Sequence record: KY555144.1
DNA: 64,000 bases
Strand: one strand, 5' to 3'
This document shows positions 36,241 through 45,297 of the stretch, one piece after another (position 1 is the stretch's first letter; each line of letters begins with the position of its first letter). The notes below the pieces were generated by a model, which was not told where the DNA came from, ran no database searches, and saw nothing but the letters and a program-made list of their open reading frames with translations. Made by a program: the position numbers and the translations under genes.

Positions 36241-36729
36241 ATGCCCTGCAATTCCGAATATCAACAGCCCAACCAGCGCGAAGCCGAGTCCAAGAAGGTC
36301 GCCGGCCTGCTGGTCTACGTCCACAACAAGCTGGGCCGTACCGACCTGCCGCGCAGCGTCGAGTTGGCCGCCACCACCTACTACGGCGCGCCCGAACGCT
36401 GCGATGAACTGACCGAACGGCTCTGCTCGATGTTGCGCGACCTGACGGTCGAGGAGCAGAACGCGGTCCTCTACGACGGCCGCATCCCCAAGGCCCGCGA
36501 ACTGGCCGACTGGTGGGAGCGCCACCAGGAACACGACCGCCAGCGCGCCGAGGCCGAAGCCCGCGCGGCCAAGCCGACCCTGAAGCAAGCCGTCCAGGCC
36601 GTGATCGACGTCGTCGAGTTCACGGCCAACCCGCAGCGGGTGTTCTCGAAGTCCGAAGACCATCCGCTCAACATCGACCTGAGCCTCGCGCTCTCACAAC
36701 TCGCCGACGCCTACAACGACGGGCGCTGA
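36241..36729 (+). CDS. conserved hypothetical phage protein
   Basis: AAGGAGG RBS; MPCNS..LC..WWERHQEHD. Confidence 0.85.
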   Translation: MPCNSEYQQPNQREAESKKVAGLLVYVHNKLGRTDLPRSVELAATTYYGAPERCDELTERLCSMLRDLTVEEQNAVLYDGRIPKARELADWWERHQEHDRQRAEAEARAAKPTLKQAVQAVIDVVEFTANPQRVFSKSEDHPLNIDLSLALSQLADAYNDGR

Positions 36730-36743
36730 GCGTTGGCTCCGAT

Positions 36744-36798
36744 GTGTTGACAAGAAGCGGCGGCCTCCTGTAGAAGCATCCTCGACGACAACAGGAGG
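36744..36798 (+). promoter_or_regulatory. sigma70-type promoter with leader
   Basis: GTGTTGACAAG..TGTAGAAG..CCTCGACGACAACAGGAGG. Confidence 0.8.
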
Positions 36799-36805
36799 CC
36801 CCGCC

Positions 36806-37300
36806 TTGACCGACACCACCGCGCCCGGAACCCAGTTTGAAGACGCCGTCACCCTCGGCGTCGAGATCATCCAGACCAAGCCGCCGCACCTGACCGCCCG
36901 TGAGGCGGTCGAGAAGTTCCAGCACCAGCCGGACGAGTTCCGCCTGCTGGTGACCCGCTTCAACAAGGCGACCGCCGCCTTGCCAGCGGTGGTCCACGGC
37001 CACCAGTTGCAGTCGACCTGCGCCAAGTGGGTGCTCGACTCGGCCCAGCGGTTGATCGACCTGCCGTTCGAGACAATCGAGCAGCGCGTGGCGTTCTACG
37101 CCAAGCAGATGACGCTCCCGGCCTACGGCTACCTGATGGATCGCTACAAGGACCGGCTCGACGCCAAGATCGCCATCGTCCGGGCCTGCCTGGAAGACCG
37201 CGACCATGTCGGGGCCAGCTATAACCTCGGCATCCTGGAAGAGGACTTCCAGGAGATGGTCGACCGCCATGACGATCTGGTCTCGGACGGCTACCCCTGA
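36806..37300 (+). CDS. hypothetical protein
   Basis: TTG after AGGAGG. Confidence 0.8.
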   Translation: MTDTTAPGTQFEDAVTLGVEIIQTKPPHLTAREAVEKFQHQPDEFRLLVTRFNKATAALPAVVHGHQLQSTCAKWVLDSAQRLIDLPFETIEQRVAFYAKQMTLPAYGYLMDRYKDRLDAKIAIVRACLEDRDHVGASYNLGILEEDFQEMVDRHDDLVSDGYP

Positions 37301-37372
37301 TGGGCGCTTGCAGCCGTCACAACTCCGGCCTAGCTTCCTCGCGCCGCACTGATGCGGTCATGAGGATTCGAA

Positions 37373-37633
37373 ATGGACAGGCTGAAAGTCAAACTCTTCG
37401 CCAAGGGGATTCATACCTCGGCCGAGGCCCTGGTCGATGCGATCGCGGCGCTCCCCGAGGGTCCGGAGAAGGATGCGGTGGTCGCGGCCGAACAGCAGCT
37501 TCATGCCCGCCTCAACTGGGGCGCGGCGAAGGCCGGCGAGTTCTTCGGGGACGAGTCGATCTCGCTCCTGGCGCGCCGCCGCACCGGCGGCGAGGACAAG
37601 CCGGACGCTCCGGAAGTTCCGCCCGGCGGCTGA
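37373..37633 (+). CDS. hypothetical protein
   Basis: GAGGA RBS. Confidence 0.7.
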   Translation: MDRLKVKLFAKGIHTSAEALVDAIAALPEGPEKDAVVAAEQQLHARLNWGAAKAGEFFGDESISLLARRRTGGEDKPDAPEVPPGG

Positions 37634-37643
37634 CGGGTGCGTC

Positions 37644-38138
37644 ATGGGCCTGACGGGCTGCGCCTTCGCAGTCCTGACGGCCGGCTCGGTCGCCTATGCG
37701 ATCGACCGTGGCGGCAAGGCGCTGAAGCTCAGCGCCTTCCTGCTGCTGGCGTCCTGGGCGTTCTCGGTCACCCTGGGGCAGACCCTGCACGCGGGCATGA
37801 AGCCCTATGTCTATGCCTGGGTCGACGCCCTGTTCGCCGGCGCGATGGGGATATTGATCTCCGCCCGGCTCCAGCGCTGGCGGGTCGCCCTCTTCACCCT
37901 GGCGATCGCCCAGATGGGCCTCCACCTGATCATGATCGGGGGCTGGGATTTCTCGCTGCACGCGCGGCGCCTCCACGTCCTGGCCCTCAACCTGACCTAC
38001 GGCCTGGAACTCTTCGTCCTGACGATCGGGGCGGCGACCTATCGCGTCGAGGTCGAGGACGACATGCCGGCGCTGATCGAGGCTGACGGTCCCGGCTGGC
38101 TTGAATGTGTTGACAAAGCCAGAGAGCCCGTCCTATAA
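37644..38138 (+). CDS. multi-pass membrane protein
   Basis: about five hydrophobic helices; start trimmed to ATG 37644. Confidence 0.75.
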   Translation: MGLTGCAFAVLTAGSVAYAIDRGGKALKLSAFLLLASWAFSVTLGQTLHAGMKPYVYAWVDALFAGAMGILISARLQRWRVALFTLAIAQMGLHLIMIGGWDFSLHARRLHVLALNLTYGLELFVLTIGAATYRVEVEDDMPALIEADGPGWLECVDKAREPVL

Positions 38139-38162
38139 GCTCCCTCGACGACAACGAGGAGG
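38107..38162 (+). promoter_or_regulatory. sigma70-type promoter with leader
   Basis: GTGTTGACAAA..CCTATAAG..CCTCGACGACAACGAGGAGG. Confidence 0.8.
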
Positions 38163-38167
38163 CCTCC

Positions 38168-38602
38168 ATGCGCCGTACACCGAAGACCGCAACTATCTCC
38201 CGCGCCCTCGCCTATCTGGCGATCACCGGCGGGACCTCCTGCCTGACGATCAATACGCGTCTGGCCCTCTATCCCTATCACAATCTGGTCGAACAGAAGT
38301 ACAAGATCGGCGACACCGAACTGACGCGCCACGTCTACAAGCTCAACGCCGAGGGCGAGGCCCTGGCCCAGAAGAGCCGCCTGTGGCGCGGGCACCAGAA
38401 GCTCCTCGACATGGGCTTCCAGTTCAAGAAGAACCGCCGGCGCCAATCGTCGCGCTTCCTGTCCTACGATCACGCCGAGCACATGTGCCGCAACGACCGT
38501 CGCGGCGCTTTCATCTCCGGCGACCACGTCTACGCCCAGCCGGCGCCGGGGCAGACGCCCGAAGGCAAGAAGGACTGGGACTACATCGAGGTGAGCCTGT
38601 GA
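38168..38602 (+). CDS. hypothetical protein
   Basis: GAGGAGG RBS. Confidence 0.8.
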   Translation: MRRTPKTATISRALAYLAITGGTSCLTINTRLALYPYHNLVEQKYKIGDTELTRHVYKLNAEGEALAQKSRLWRGHQKLLDMGFQFKKNRRRQSSRFLSYDHAEHMCRNDRRGAFISGDHVYAQPAPGQTPEGKKDWDYIEVSL

Positions 38603-38958
38603 GCGCGCGCACCGCGACCGACATCCTGATCGCCGCCGCCGAACTCCTGGAGACGCAGGGCTGGGGCCAGGGCGCCGCCGTGGTCGATACCGCCGACATC
38701 GGCGGCGCCCTCTGCGCCAATATCGCGCTGGGTCACGCCTCGGTCCGCATCGATCCCAAGGACTACGCCGCCTACACCAGCGCCCAGGTCGCCCTCCTGA
38801 AGCATCTGGACATCGACTTGGGTCCGGCGCTGCTCCAGAAGACGACCAAGGCCAGCCTGATCATCGAGTGGAACGACGCGCCCGAGCGCACCGCCCGCGA
38901 GGTGATCGACGCCCTGCGCGGCGCGGCCGACACGCTTGGCCGGGAGGCGCAGCCTTGA
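38599..38958 (+). CDS. DUF6197-like protein (paralog 1)
   Basis: AAELLETQGWGQG..LC..WNDAPERTAREVIDALRGAA. Confidence 0.75.
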   Translation: MSARTATDILIAAAELLETQGWGQGAAVVDTADIGGALCANIALGHASVRIDPKDYAAYTSAQVALLKHLDIDLGPALLQKTTKASLIIEWNDAPERTAREVIDALRGAADTLGREAQP

Positions 38959-39335
38959 TCACCCCCGTCCAGCAAATCCTCACCGACGCGGCCGTCCTGC
39001 TCGAAGAGCGCGGCTGGGGCCAGGGCAATGACACGATCCGGACGGCCGACCAGGGCGGCGCCATGTGCCTCAACCTCGCCCTGGGCGCGGCGCCTAACGA
39101 GGACTTGGAGACCTTCCGCGCGGCCCAGTACGCCCTCATCAACCATCTGAGCCTGGAGGTGGTCACCGAATATGACCGCTTCGCCGGCCTGATGCGGGAG
39201 ATGCCGGGCGTGACCCTGGTCAACTGGAACGACGCGCCGGGACGCACCGCCCGCGAGGTGACCGACGCCTTGCGCGGCGCGGCCCTGTCGGTGGTGGTCG
39301 ACACCCTGGCGGCGGCAGAAGAGGCCATGGCCTGA
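38955..39335 (+). CDS. DUF6197-like protein (paralog 2)
   Basis: AAVLLEERGWGQG..MC..WNDAPGRTAREVTDALRGAA. Confidence 0.75.
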   Translation: MITPVQQILTDAAVLLEERGWGQGNDTIRTADQGGAMCLNLALGAAPNEDLETFRAAQYALINHLSLEVVTEYDRFAGLMREMPGVTLVNWNDAPGRTAREVTDALRGAALSVVVDTLAAAEEAMA

Positions 39336-39679
39336 TGCCGCGTCCTGCCCACCGCCGCCACGCCCTTTACCTGCTGGTCGTCAGTTGCGGCCCGCTGGTG
39401 ATCATGAAGGGGCCGGAGGCCTTCACCCCCTGGCCGGTCCTGCGCAAGGCGATCCTCAAGACCATGCGCGAGGCGCACGGGCTGAAGGCCTCCGAGGTTT
39501 CGGCCGTCGAGGGTCTGGCCGATCCGCGCAGCGAAGACCCGCAAGACCGTAACGCCGTCGAGAAGTTCGCCGCCGCCTTCGCCGGCTCGGACAACTTCCC
39601 GGCCTTCCATCTCTACGCCTGGACTGGCGAAGGCTTCGCCCTGGTCCGCGCCCCTCTGGAACAGGAGACCGCCGCTTGA
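39335..39679 (+). CDS. hypothetical protein
   Basis: TGATG overlap. Confidence 0.7.
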   Translation: MPRPAHRRHALYLLVVSCGPLVIMKGPEAFTPWPVLRKAILKTMREAHGLKASEVSAVEGLADPRSEDPQDRNAVEKFAAAFAGSDNFPAFHLYAWTGEGFALVRAPLEQETAA

Positions 39680-40209
39680 CCCCGACCGATGAGCTTTTGA
39701 ACCGCGCCGCCCAGCGCCTGGAACAGCGTGGCGGGCGTGACGCCTACAGCGCCCTGCTCGACGTCTCGCAAGGCGGCGAGAGCATCGCCGAGGCCTTGGA
39801 GGCGGTGATCCTCCACCTGGGCCTGCCCTATGATCCGACCCGTCGTCTGCGCGGGCCGGTCCTGCGCTGGTGCCTCGCCGAGGACCGCACCCAGACCCAG
39901 GTGCTGGGCGCCCTGCGCGGCGCGGCCCTGTCCATCAAAAAGGCCCGCATGAGGGACCCCTACGAGATCATCAACGGCTGGTGGTGGCTGAGCTTCGCCG
40001 ACGACACCGGCTTCCTGGGCGTGGCGGTCCTGCACGCCGAGAGCTTCGACGCGGCGCTGCGCAAGAGCGGCGCCACCGGGCTCAATCCGGGCGGCTCGGT
40101 CCAGGGCGTGCCCCTCCCCGAGGAGTACGTCCCGGCCGAGCCCTATCGCAATCGCCTGCTGAACGCGGCCGAGGCCATCTCCGCCGGCGGGATCAAGGTG
40201 AGCGCATGA
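39676..40209 (+). CDS. degenerate DUF6197-like N-terminus fused to unknown domain
   Basis: RAAQRLEQRG..W..EDRTQTQVLGALRGAA. Confidence 0.7.
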   Translation: MTPTDELLNRAAQRLEQRGGRDAYSALLDVSQGGESIAEALEAVILHLGLPYDPTRRLRGPVLRWCLAEDRTQTQVLGALRGAALSIKKARMRDPYEIINGWWWLSFADDTGFLGVAVLHAESFDAALRKSGATGLNPGGSVQGVPLPEEYVPAEPYRNRLLNAAEAISAGGIKVSA

Positions 40210-40679
40210 CCGAGGCCCGCATCTACAACGGCGCGGCCGGCGCCATCTTCATCCGCAACCCCAAGTACGGGGTGATCGAGACCGACTCCCTGGTGGTGAT
40301 CGACCGCCCGGACGACCTCGACCATCACGGCTTGATCGGGCGGCTCCACATCCAGCCCGGCATGGACACGGTGATCGTCAAGGCCGGCGTCGTCCACGTC
40401 AACGTCTATCCGTGTCAGGTCCGGCCGCTGAAGCTGGGCGAGCGGATCGGCGATCCCGAGGCCAACGCCCACCTCAACCAGATCGCCGAGATGGTCGGCG
40501 AGGACGTCGGCGCGGCCTGGGAAAGCGTCCAGGCGATCATCACCGAGCGGGACAACCTCAAGACGGCGGCCGAGCGGGTGCGCGACTGCCTGCGGTCGGC
40601 CAACCTGACCGACTCGGTTCAGGACGTCCGCTACGAGATCGAGACGGCCGCCAATTTCATCGCCGAGGTCCTGTCATGA
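40206..40679 (+). CDS. hypothetical protein
   Basis: ATGA overlap (MTEARIYN). Confidence 0.75.
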   Translation: MTEARIYNGAAGAIFIRNPKYGVIETDSLVVIDRPDDLDHHGLIGRLHIQPGMDTVIVKAGVVHVNVYPCQVRPLKLGERIGDPEANAHLNQIAEMVGEDVGAAWESVQAIITERDNLKTAAERVRDCLRSANLTDSVQDVRYEIETAANFIAEVLS

Positions 40680-41284
40680 AGGTCCCGCTGAAGCAATGCC
40701 CGCCCGGCCCGTTCCTCTATGAGGGCGTCCTGGGCTTCAAGACCGAGTACGGGGCGATGTCCACGCGCGAGCTTCCGAGCCCGCCGCTGTCGGGACGCCA
40801 CCAGCGCGAGTGGTACGTCACCGACCACGCCGACGCCTATTGCATGTCGTCCGGCGAGGCCTTCTGGGCGGGCGCCAAGTCGCGCGAGGAGCGGGACGAA
40901 CTCCTGGTCCAGCCGCTCTACGAGGGCTGGCTGAAGCTCAACCGTCCGAGCGATCGCGAGCAGCCCTCGGCGGCCGTGCTGCGCGAGGCGATCGACACGG
41001 CCCTGGTCCAGATCAGCGGTGGTCTCTGCTACTTCACGGCCGACGCCAAGCACGCCCAGCTTCGCGACGCCGAGAAGACCCTGGAGCGGGCGCTGAACGG
41101 CGGCGAGACCCCGTTCGAAAAGCGCGTCCACGGCGAAGAGCCGGCGGCCGACTGGAGCCTGGAGCTTCACGTCTTCCACGCCGCCAACAACCCCGACCTG
41201 CCGCAGGCCACGCGGGAGCTTCTCAAGACCCTGTGGAAGGCCTACTGCGAGATGGAACAACGCTGCGAAGGAGCCTCGACGTGA
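40676..41284 (+). CDS. hypothetical protein
   Basis: ATGA overlap; CPPGPFLY..FKTEYG..SGEAFW. Confidence 0.75.
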   Translation: MKVPLKQCPPGPFLYEGVLGFKTEYGAMSTRELPSPPLSGRHQREWYVTDHADAYCMSSGEAFWAGAKSREERDELLVQPLYEGWLKLNRPSDREQPSAAVLREAIDTALVQISGGLCYFTADAKHAQLRDAEKTLERALNGGETPFEKRVHGEEPAADWSLELHVFHAANNPDLPQATRELLKTLWKAYCEMEQRCEGAST

Positions 41285-41829
41285 ACATTCTGCAAGACCT
41301 CCTCGCCCACCCGGAGAACATGACGGACGCCTACGCGTCCTGCATCTCGATGCGGATCGGCGACACCCTGGCCAGCCCTCGGCGCCAGGACCTCTTCGAT
41401 CTGGCGACCACCCTGACCTCGATCTCGCACGCCCTGCTGGCCCAGGCCCCGCAGGAGGTGCGCAACGCCCTGATCCACGACAAGGGCGACATGGGCGATC
41501 CGGTCATGGTCGCCTTCCGCCTCGGGCAGTTGTCGATGGCCGGCGAGATCATGGGCTACGAGGCCAGCCGCCGGGCCGATGACGACGTCATCGAGGTGGT
41601 GCGCGCCCATCGCGGGTTCCTCGCCGACATCGGCGCTGGCCGCAACACCCAGCGCGAACTCGCCGCCCAGTTCGGGATGTCGGGCAAGGAAGTCCGCATG
41701 ACCCTGCGGCTTCTGGGCGGCAAGGGCCTCGTCAACACCGTGCTCGGCAAGAAAGTCGGCGAGTTCGAGGCCCGACTGACGCCGCTGGCCCAGGCGATCC
41801 TCGACCAGATCGAAAGGCGCGCCGCATGA
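41281..41829 (+). CDS. putative MarR-like winged-helix DNA-binding protein
   Basis: TQRELAAQFGMSGKEVRMTLRLLGGKGLV..ARLTPLAQ. Confidence 0.75.
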   Translation: MNILQDLLAHPENMTDAYASCISMRIGDTLASPRRQDLFDLATTLTSISHALLAQAPQEVRNALIHDKGDMGDPVMVAFRLGQLSMAGEIMGYEASRRADDDVIEVVRAHRGFLADIGAGRNTQRELAAQFGMSGKEVRMTLRLLGGKGLVNTVLGKKVGEFEARLTPLAQAILDQIERRAA

Positions 41830-42224
41830 ACCCGGCCGACGCCCTCAAGCAGGTCGAGGCCCGCATCGAGACCAAGGTCGCCAAGCGCAAGCGGGCCGCC
41901 CGGCGCGCGCCGCAAAAGACGCTGATCGAAAAGCTCGACACGATTCTCGACGAGAGCCTCGCCGGGATCGAGCATCCCTCGCAGGTGGCGATCAATGTCT
42001 GCGTGCCCCGCGCCGACCTCCAGGCGGCCGTCAGGGGCCTGAAGCTGCGGGAGGTGTCCACCGGCCTGCCCGAGGACTTCCTGACCGCCTGGGACGATCT
42101 GAGGCGGGCGATCGCCGCCGTCGAGACCGCCAGCCTCTACTCGATCGGCGAGGCCGTCCGCTGGCTGGAGGAAGAGCGGGTGAAGTTCGAAACCATGGTC
42201 CGCGACACGGCAAGGAACGCATGA
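41826..42224 (+). CDS. hypothetical protein
   Basis: ATGA overlap. Confidence 0.75.
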   Translation: MNPADALKQVEARIETKVAKRKRAARRAPQKTLIEKLDTILDESLAGIEHPSQVAINVCVPRADLQAAVRGLKLREVSTGLPEDFLTAWDDLRRAIAAVETASLYSIGEAVRWLEEERVKFETMVRDTARNA

Positions 42225-42547
42225 CTCCCAAGACCTTCATCGACAAGCTGCGGGTCGGCGCCCAGAAGGCGCTCGCCCGCTCCAGGGCCTGGACGCCCGA
42301 GGAGAACATCGTGCTCCAGACCCTGGTCTGGGCGCCGGCCAACATCCAGCAGCGCTCTGATCTCTATGTGGCGGGCGTCATGCGCGGCATGCTGGCCCTG
42401 ATCTCGACCATGAGCGGCAAGGTCTCCGAGGAGATCAAGACCCTCCTATGGATGGCCGGCGAGGCGACCGAGACCAACGCGCCCGTGCCGGACGATCAGG
42501 TCCTGGCGGCGCTGGCGGCCCTCGACGGCCTGCATGCGAGGGGCTGA
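42221..42547 (+). CDS. hypothetical protein
   Basis: ATGA overlap. Confidence 0.7.
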   Translation: MTPKTFIDKLRVGAQKALARSRAWTPEENIVLQTLVWAPANIQQRSDLYVAGVMRGMLALISTMSGKVSEEIKTLLWMAGEATETNAPVPDDQVLAALAALDGLHARG

Positions 42548-42942
42548 TGGTCAGCGCCTACCAGCAATCGCTCAACGCCCAGGCGTCGGGCCTGTCGACC
42601 CAGGTTGATCCGCTCGCCCGAGGCTACTGGAAGAACGGCCAGTGGGTGCGCAACTCGCTGCACGATCGCCTCAAGGCCTACATCGCCAGGGTCCCGGACG
42701 TGGAGTTCCATCGCTACTCGTCGCGCCCGGCCGGCGCGATCACCGTCCGGGGCATCTCGCCGAACGCCTATGTCCCGGTCACTGACCAGAGGAGCCCGCC
42801 GGCCCCGTTCAGCAAGGACAGGTGGTGCTACATGCCCAAGACGATGCGCGCCCTGGTCGAGGCCGGCGTCCTGATGGTCGCCAGTCTCGACGTCCAGATG
42901 GACGGCAGCACCAAGGTGGCGATCTACAAGCCGGTGCGCTGA
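42547..42942 (+). CDS. hypothetical protein (wHTH-like paralog family)
   Basis: TGATG overlap; PKTMRALVEAGVL. Confidence 0.7.
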   Translation: MVSAYQQSLNAQASGLSTQVDPLARGYWKNGQWVRNSLHDRLKAYIARVPDVEFHRYSSRPAGAITVRGISPNAYVPVTDQRSPPAPFSKDRWCYMPKTMRALVEAGVLMVASLDVQMDGSTKVAIYKPVR

Positions 42943-43220
42943 TGCGACGGTTCATGCGCGCCCCCAGCCTGTCGACCTATCCGATCCCCTACCAGCTTGA
43001 GCGCTACCTGCTCAACAACCGCGACGTGCGGTTGGTGCGCTGCCGTGACGGCTGGCGCCTCCAGGGCCGAACCGGCGTCTTCCACCGATCCCGTGTACCC
43101 GGCACCGGGCGCTACTCCTGGCGGTCGGTGGCGATCTGCCTGGACAGCCTCTGCGTGGTCGAGAGCTATGACGAAACCATGCGCCCCGACGTCGTCGGGC
43201 TCGCCAAGGACGTGGTGTGA
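42942..43220 (+). CDS. hypothetical basic protein
   Basis: TGATG overlap. Confidence 0.65.
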   Translation: MRRFMRAPSLSTYPIPYQLERYLLNNRDVRLVRCRDGWRLQGRTGVFHRSRVPGTGRYSWRSVAICLDSLCVVESYDETMRPDVVGLAKDVV

Positions 43221-43582
43221 TGGTCTGGTGGGACCCTCAGGCGCTGGTCAAGAGCCACTGGCCCTATGATCCGAAGGACGGCACGCGGCCCTACTACACG
43301 TTCGACGGCCGGCGCTACAAGAGCGCCATCGCCGCCGCCACCGCCGAGGTTCTGAGCAATCGCCTGTGGGCGCTGTTCGACGTCCTCCCGATCCTGCTGC
43401 GCTGCGCCGATGGCTCCTATGTCGTCGACTGCGAGCCGATCGGGAGCGAGCCACACCTGCCGGCCCCCGACATCCGGGTCTCCAAGCGCATCGCGCTCGG
43501 GCTGGTCGAGGCCGGACTGCTGCTGATCACCGAGTACAACGAACGCGGTGTCCCCGACCGCCTGGAGCTTGCCGCCACATGA
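43217..43582 (+). CDS. hypothetical protein (wHTH-like paralog family)
   Basis: RVSKRIALGLVEAGLL..YNERG. Confidence 0.7.
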   Translation: MMVWWDPQALVKSHWPYDPKDGTRPYYTFDGRRYKSAIAAATAEVLSNRLWALFDVLPILLRCADGSYVVDCEPIGSEPHLPAPDIRVSKRIALGLVEAGLLLITEYNERGVPDRLELAAT

Positions 43583-43845
43583 GAGGCCTTCCCAAGCCCG
43601 CCGAGGTCCAGCTTCGCCGGTACCTCCAGGGCGGTCACTTCAAGCATCTGATCCGGGCCTATCGCGGCTGGCGGCCCTACAACCCCGCCACCGGGACCAT
43701 CCACGTCGACAAGCGGTTCTCGACCAAGACGGTCCAGCGGGCCTTCGACGCCGGCACGCTCGACGTCTACGAGTTCGACGAGGAGGGGCAGGTCCAGGTC
43801 TACGCCCTCGGCGCCCAGTTCCTCGGCTGGAGGTCCTCGTCATGA
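43579..43845 (+). CDS. hypothetical protein (wHTH-like paralog family)
   Basis: RFSTKTVQRAFDAGTL..FDEEG. Confidence 0.7.
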   Translation: MRGLPKPAEVQLRRYLQGGHFKHLIRAYRGWRPYNPATGTIHVDKRFSTKTVQRAFDAGTLDVYEFDEEGQVQVYALGAQFLGWRSSS

Positions 43846-44150
43846 CCCCGCATGAAAAGGCGATGACCAAGTCGGTGATGCGCATCTGCGACGACATCCG
43901 CATGGTCGGCGGCGGGACAGGCGAGGCGACCGCGCTCTGGAAGTTCGTCTACCGCCCGGCGATCGAGGCGGGGCGCGCCGGGCGCTACGCCTTCGTGACG
44001 GCCAAGCGCGACATGCCCTTGCCAATGCGGGCCAGCCGGGGTTATCGTCGCTGCGAGATGGAGGCGGTGGTCGACGTCGGCTATGCGGGGCTGCACCCCG
44101 TGGCCTGGGACGAAACCGGCCGCGTCCTGGAGTATCGGGGTCGGGCGTGA
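43842..44150 (+). CDS. hypothetical protein
   Basis: ATGA overlap (MTPHEKAM). Confidence 0.7.
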   Translation: MTPHEKAMTKSVMRICDDIRMVGGGTGEATALWKFVYRPAIEAGRAGRYAFVTAKRDMPLPMRASRGYRRCEMEAVVDVGYAGLHPVAWDETGRVLEYRGRA

Positions 44151-44767
44151 AGGCCGATTGGCGCGAGACATTGGCGGTCGCTTTTGATCGGCCTCTTCCG
44201 GCTGCGGACGAGGTCAAGGACCCCTACGCCTTCGATCCCACCGCGCCGGCCATCATTCTCGACTTCGCCACCCCGCCCGAGCCACCGCCCGAGAACGAAT
44301 ATCGCTGGCTGGCCCTGGACGCGGCAGGCGAACCGCTGGGGGAATTCTGGACCATCCCGCTGGCGGCCGAGGGGCTTGCCCATATCCTCTATCCAGGGCA
44401 TGCCCAGATCGTGCGAGGCAACACCACCAGCCGCCTGCGAGCCAAGCGCCTGTCGCGCCTCTGCGAGGCCCAGAACTGGCGCTGCTGCTACTGCTACGGG
44501 GTGATGCGCCTGCCGGTCGAGTGCCCGTCCCAGGCGCCGGACATGGCGACCCTGGAGCACCTGCACCGCCAGACCGACGGCGGCGGCGGACGGCTGGACA
44601 ATCTGGTCGCCGCCTGCGCGTCCTGTAACTCCCACCGGGGCGCCTTCACGCCGCTGAAGTGGTGGAAGGTCCGCCAGCGCCTGCTCCCGGTCTGGCCCGC
44701 CTGCACGACGATGACCGAGGCCGCCCGATACAATCTGCGCGGCTATGGTCCGCTGCGGGCCGGCTAG
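44147..44767 (+). CDS. HNH endonuclease
   Basis: CCYC...TLEHL...DNLVAACASCNSHRG. Confidence 0.88.
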   Translation: MKADWRETLAVAFDRPLPAADEVKDPYAFDPTAPAIILDFATPPEPPPENEYRWLALDAAGEPLGEFWTIPLAAEGLAHILYPGHAQIVRGNTTSRLRAKRLSRLCEAQNWRCCYCYGVMRLPVECPSQAPDMATLEHLHRQTDGGGGRLDNLVAACASCNSHRGAFTPLKWWKVRQRLLPVWPACTTMTEAARYNLRGYGPLRAG

Positions 44768-44772
44768 GTGGA

Positions 44773-44819
44773 ACAACCGTTTTTGGTTGTATTTTCGGAA
44801 TACAACCGTTTTTGGTTGT
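44773..44819. promoter_or_regulatory. two identical 18-bp palindromic operator-like sites
   Basis: ACAACC-GTTTTT-GGTTGT at 44773 and 44802. Confidence 0.7.
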
Positions 44820-44828
44820 AGCGTGATT

Positions 44829-44866
44829 GTGTTGACAGGGTTTACAGAACCGGGCTAGACCGGAGG
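44829..44866 (+). promoter_or_regulatory. sigma70-type promoter without leader
   Basis: GTGTTGACA..GGCTAGAC, then GGAGG RBS. Confidence 0.7.
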
Positions 44867-44868
44867 CC

Positions 44869-45297
44869 ATGATGGCTTCCGCCCCATTCATCCCGATGCT
44901 CCTCAAGGTCGGCGCGACCCGCCGGCGCTTGGCCGCCGCGCCCCAGCGGGTGCGCGACAAGGTCAACGCCCAGGCGGAGTTCTACACCGACGCCAAGGAG
45001 AAGGCCCGCCGGCGTCGGGCGTTCGTCCTGACGGCCCTGCTCGACGAGTTTCTGCATGGCACGGTGGTGTTCGAGCGCAACGCCCACGGGACCTACGACG
45101 CCCATTTCATTGGCACGTCGGCGCAGTTCCAGGCCCTGGATCGGCCGAGCGCCCATCTCCTGTTGGACGCGCGGTGGTCGCTCAAGACCCTGCGCTATCC
45201 CCTGTCGGTCGGCGATCTGGTGATCGACGCCATGGACGAGAACCGGACGCCGCTGCGCCTGATCCAGCCCCCGATCCTTCCGGAGGACGCGGCGTGA
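44869..45297 (+). CDS. hypothetical protein
   Basis: GGAGG RBS. Confidence 0.8.
   Translation: MMASAPFIPMLLKVGATRRRLAAAPQRVRDKVNAQAEFYTDAKEKARRRRAFVLTALLDEFLHGTVVFERNAHGTYDAHFIGTSAQFQALDRPSAHLLLDARWSLKTLRYPLSVGDLVIDAMDENRTPLRLIQPPILPEDAA

Noticed and set aside
37373-38138. Holin/lysis cassette interpretation
   Set aside because: Multi-TM protein present, but no endolysin or spanin motif nearby
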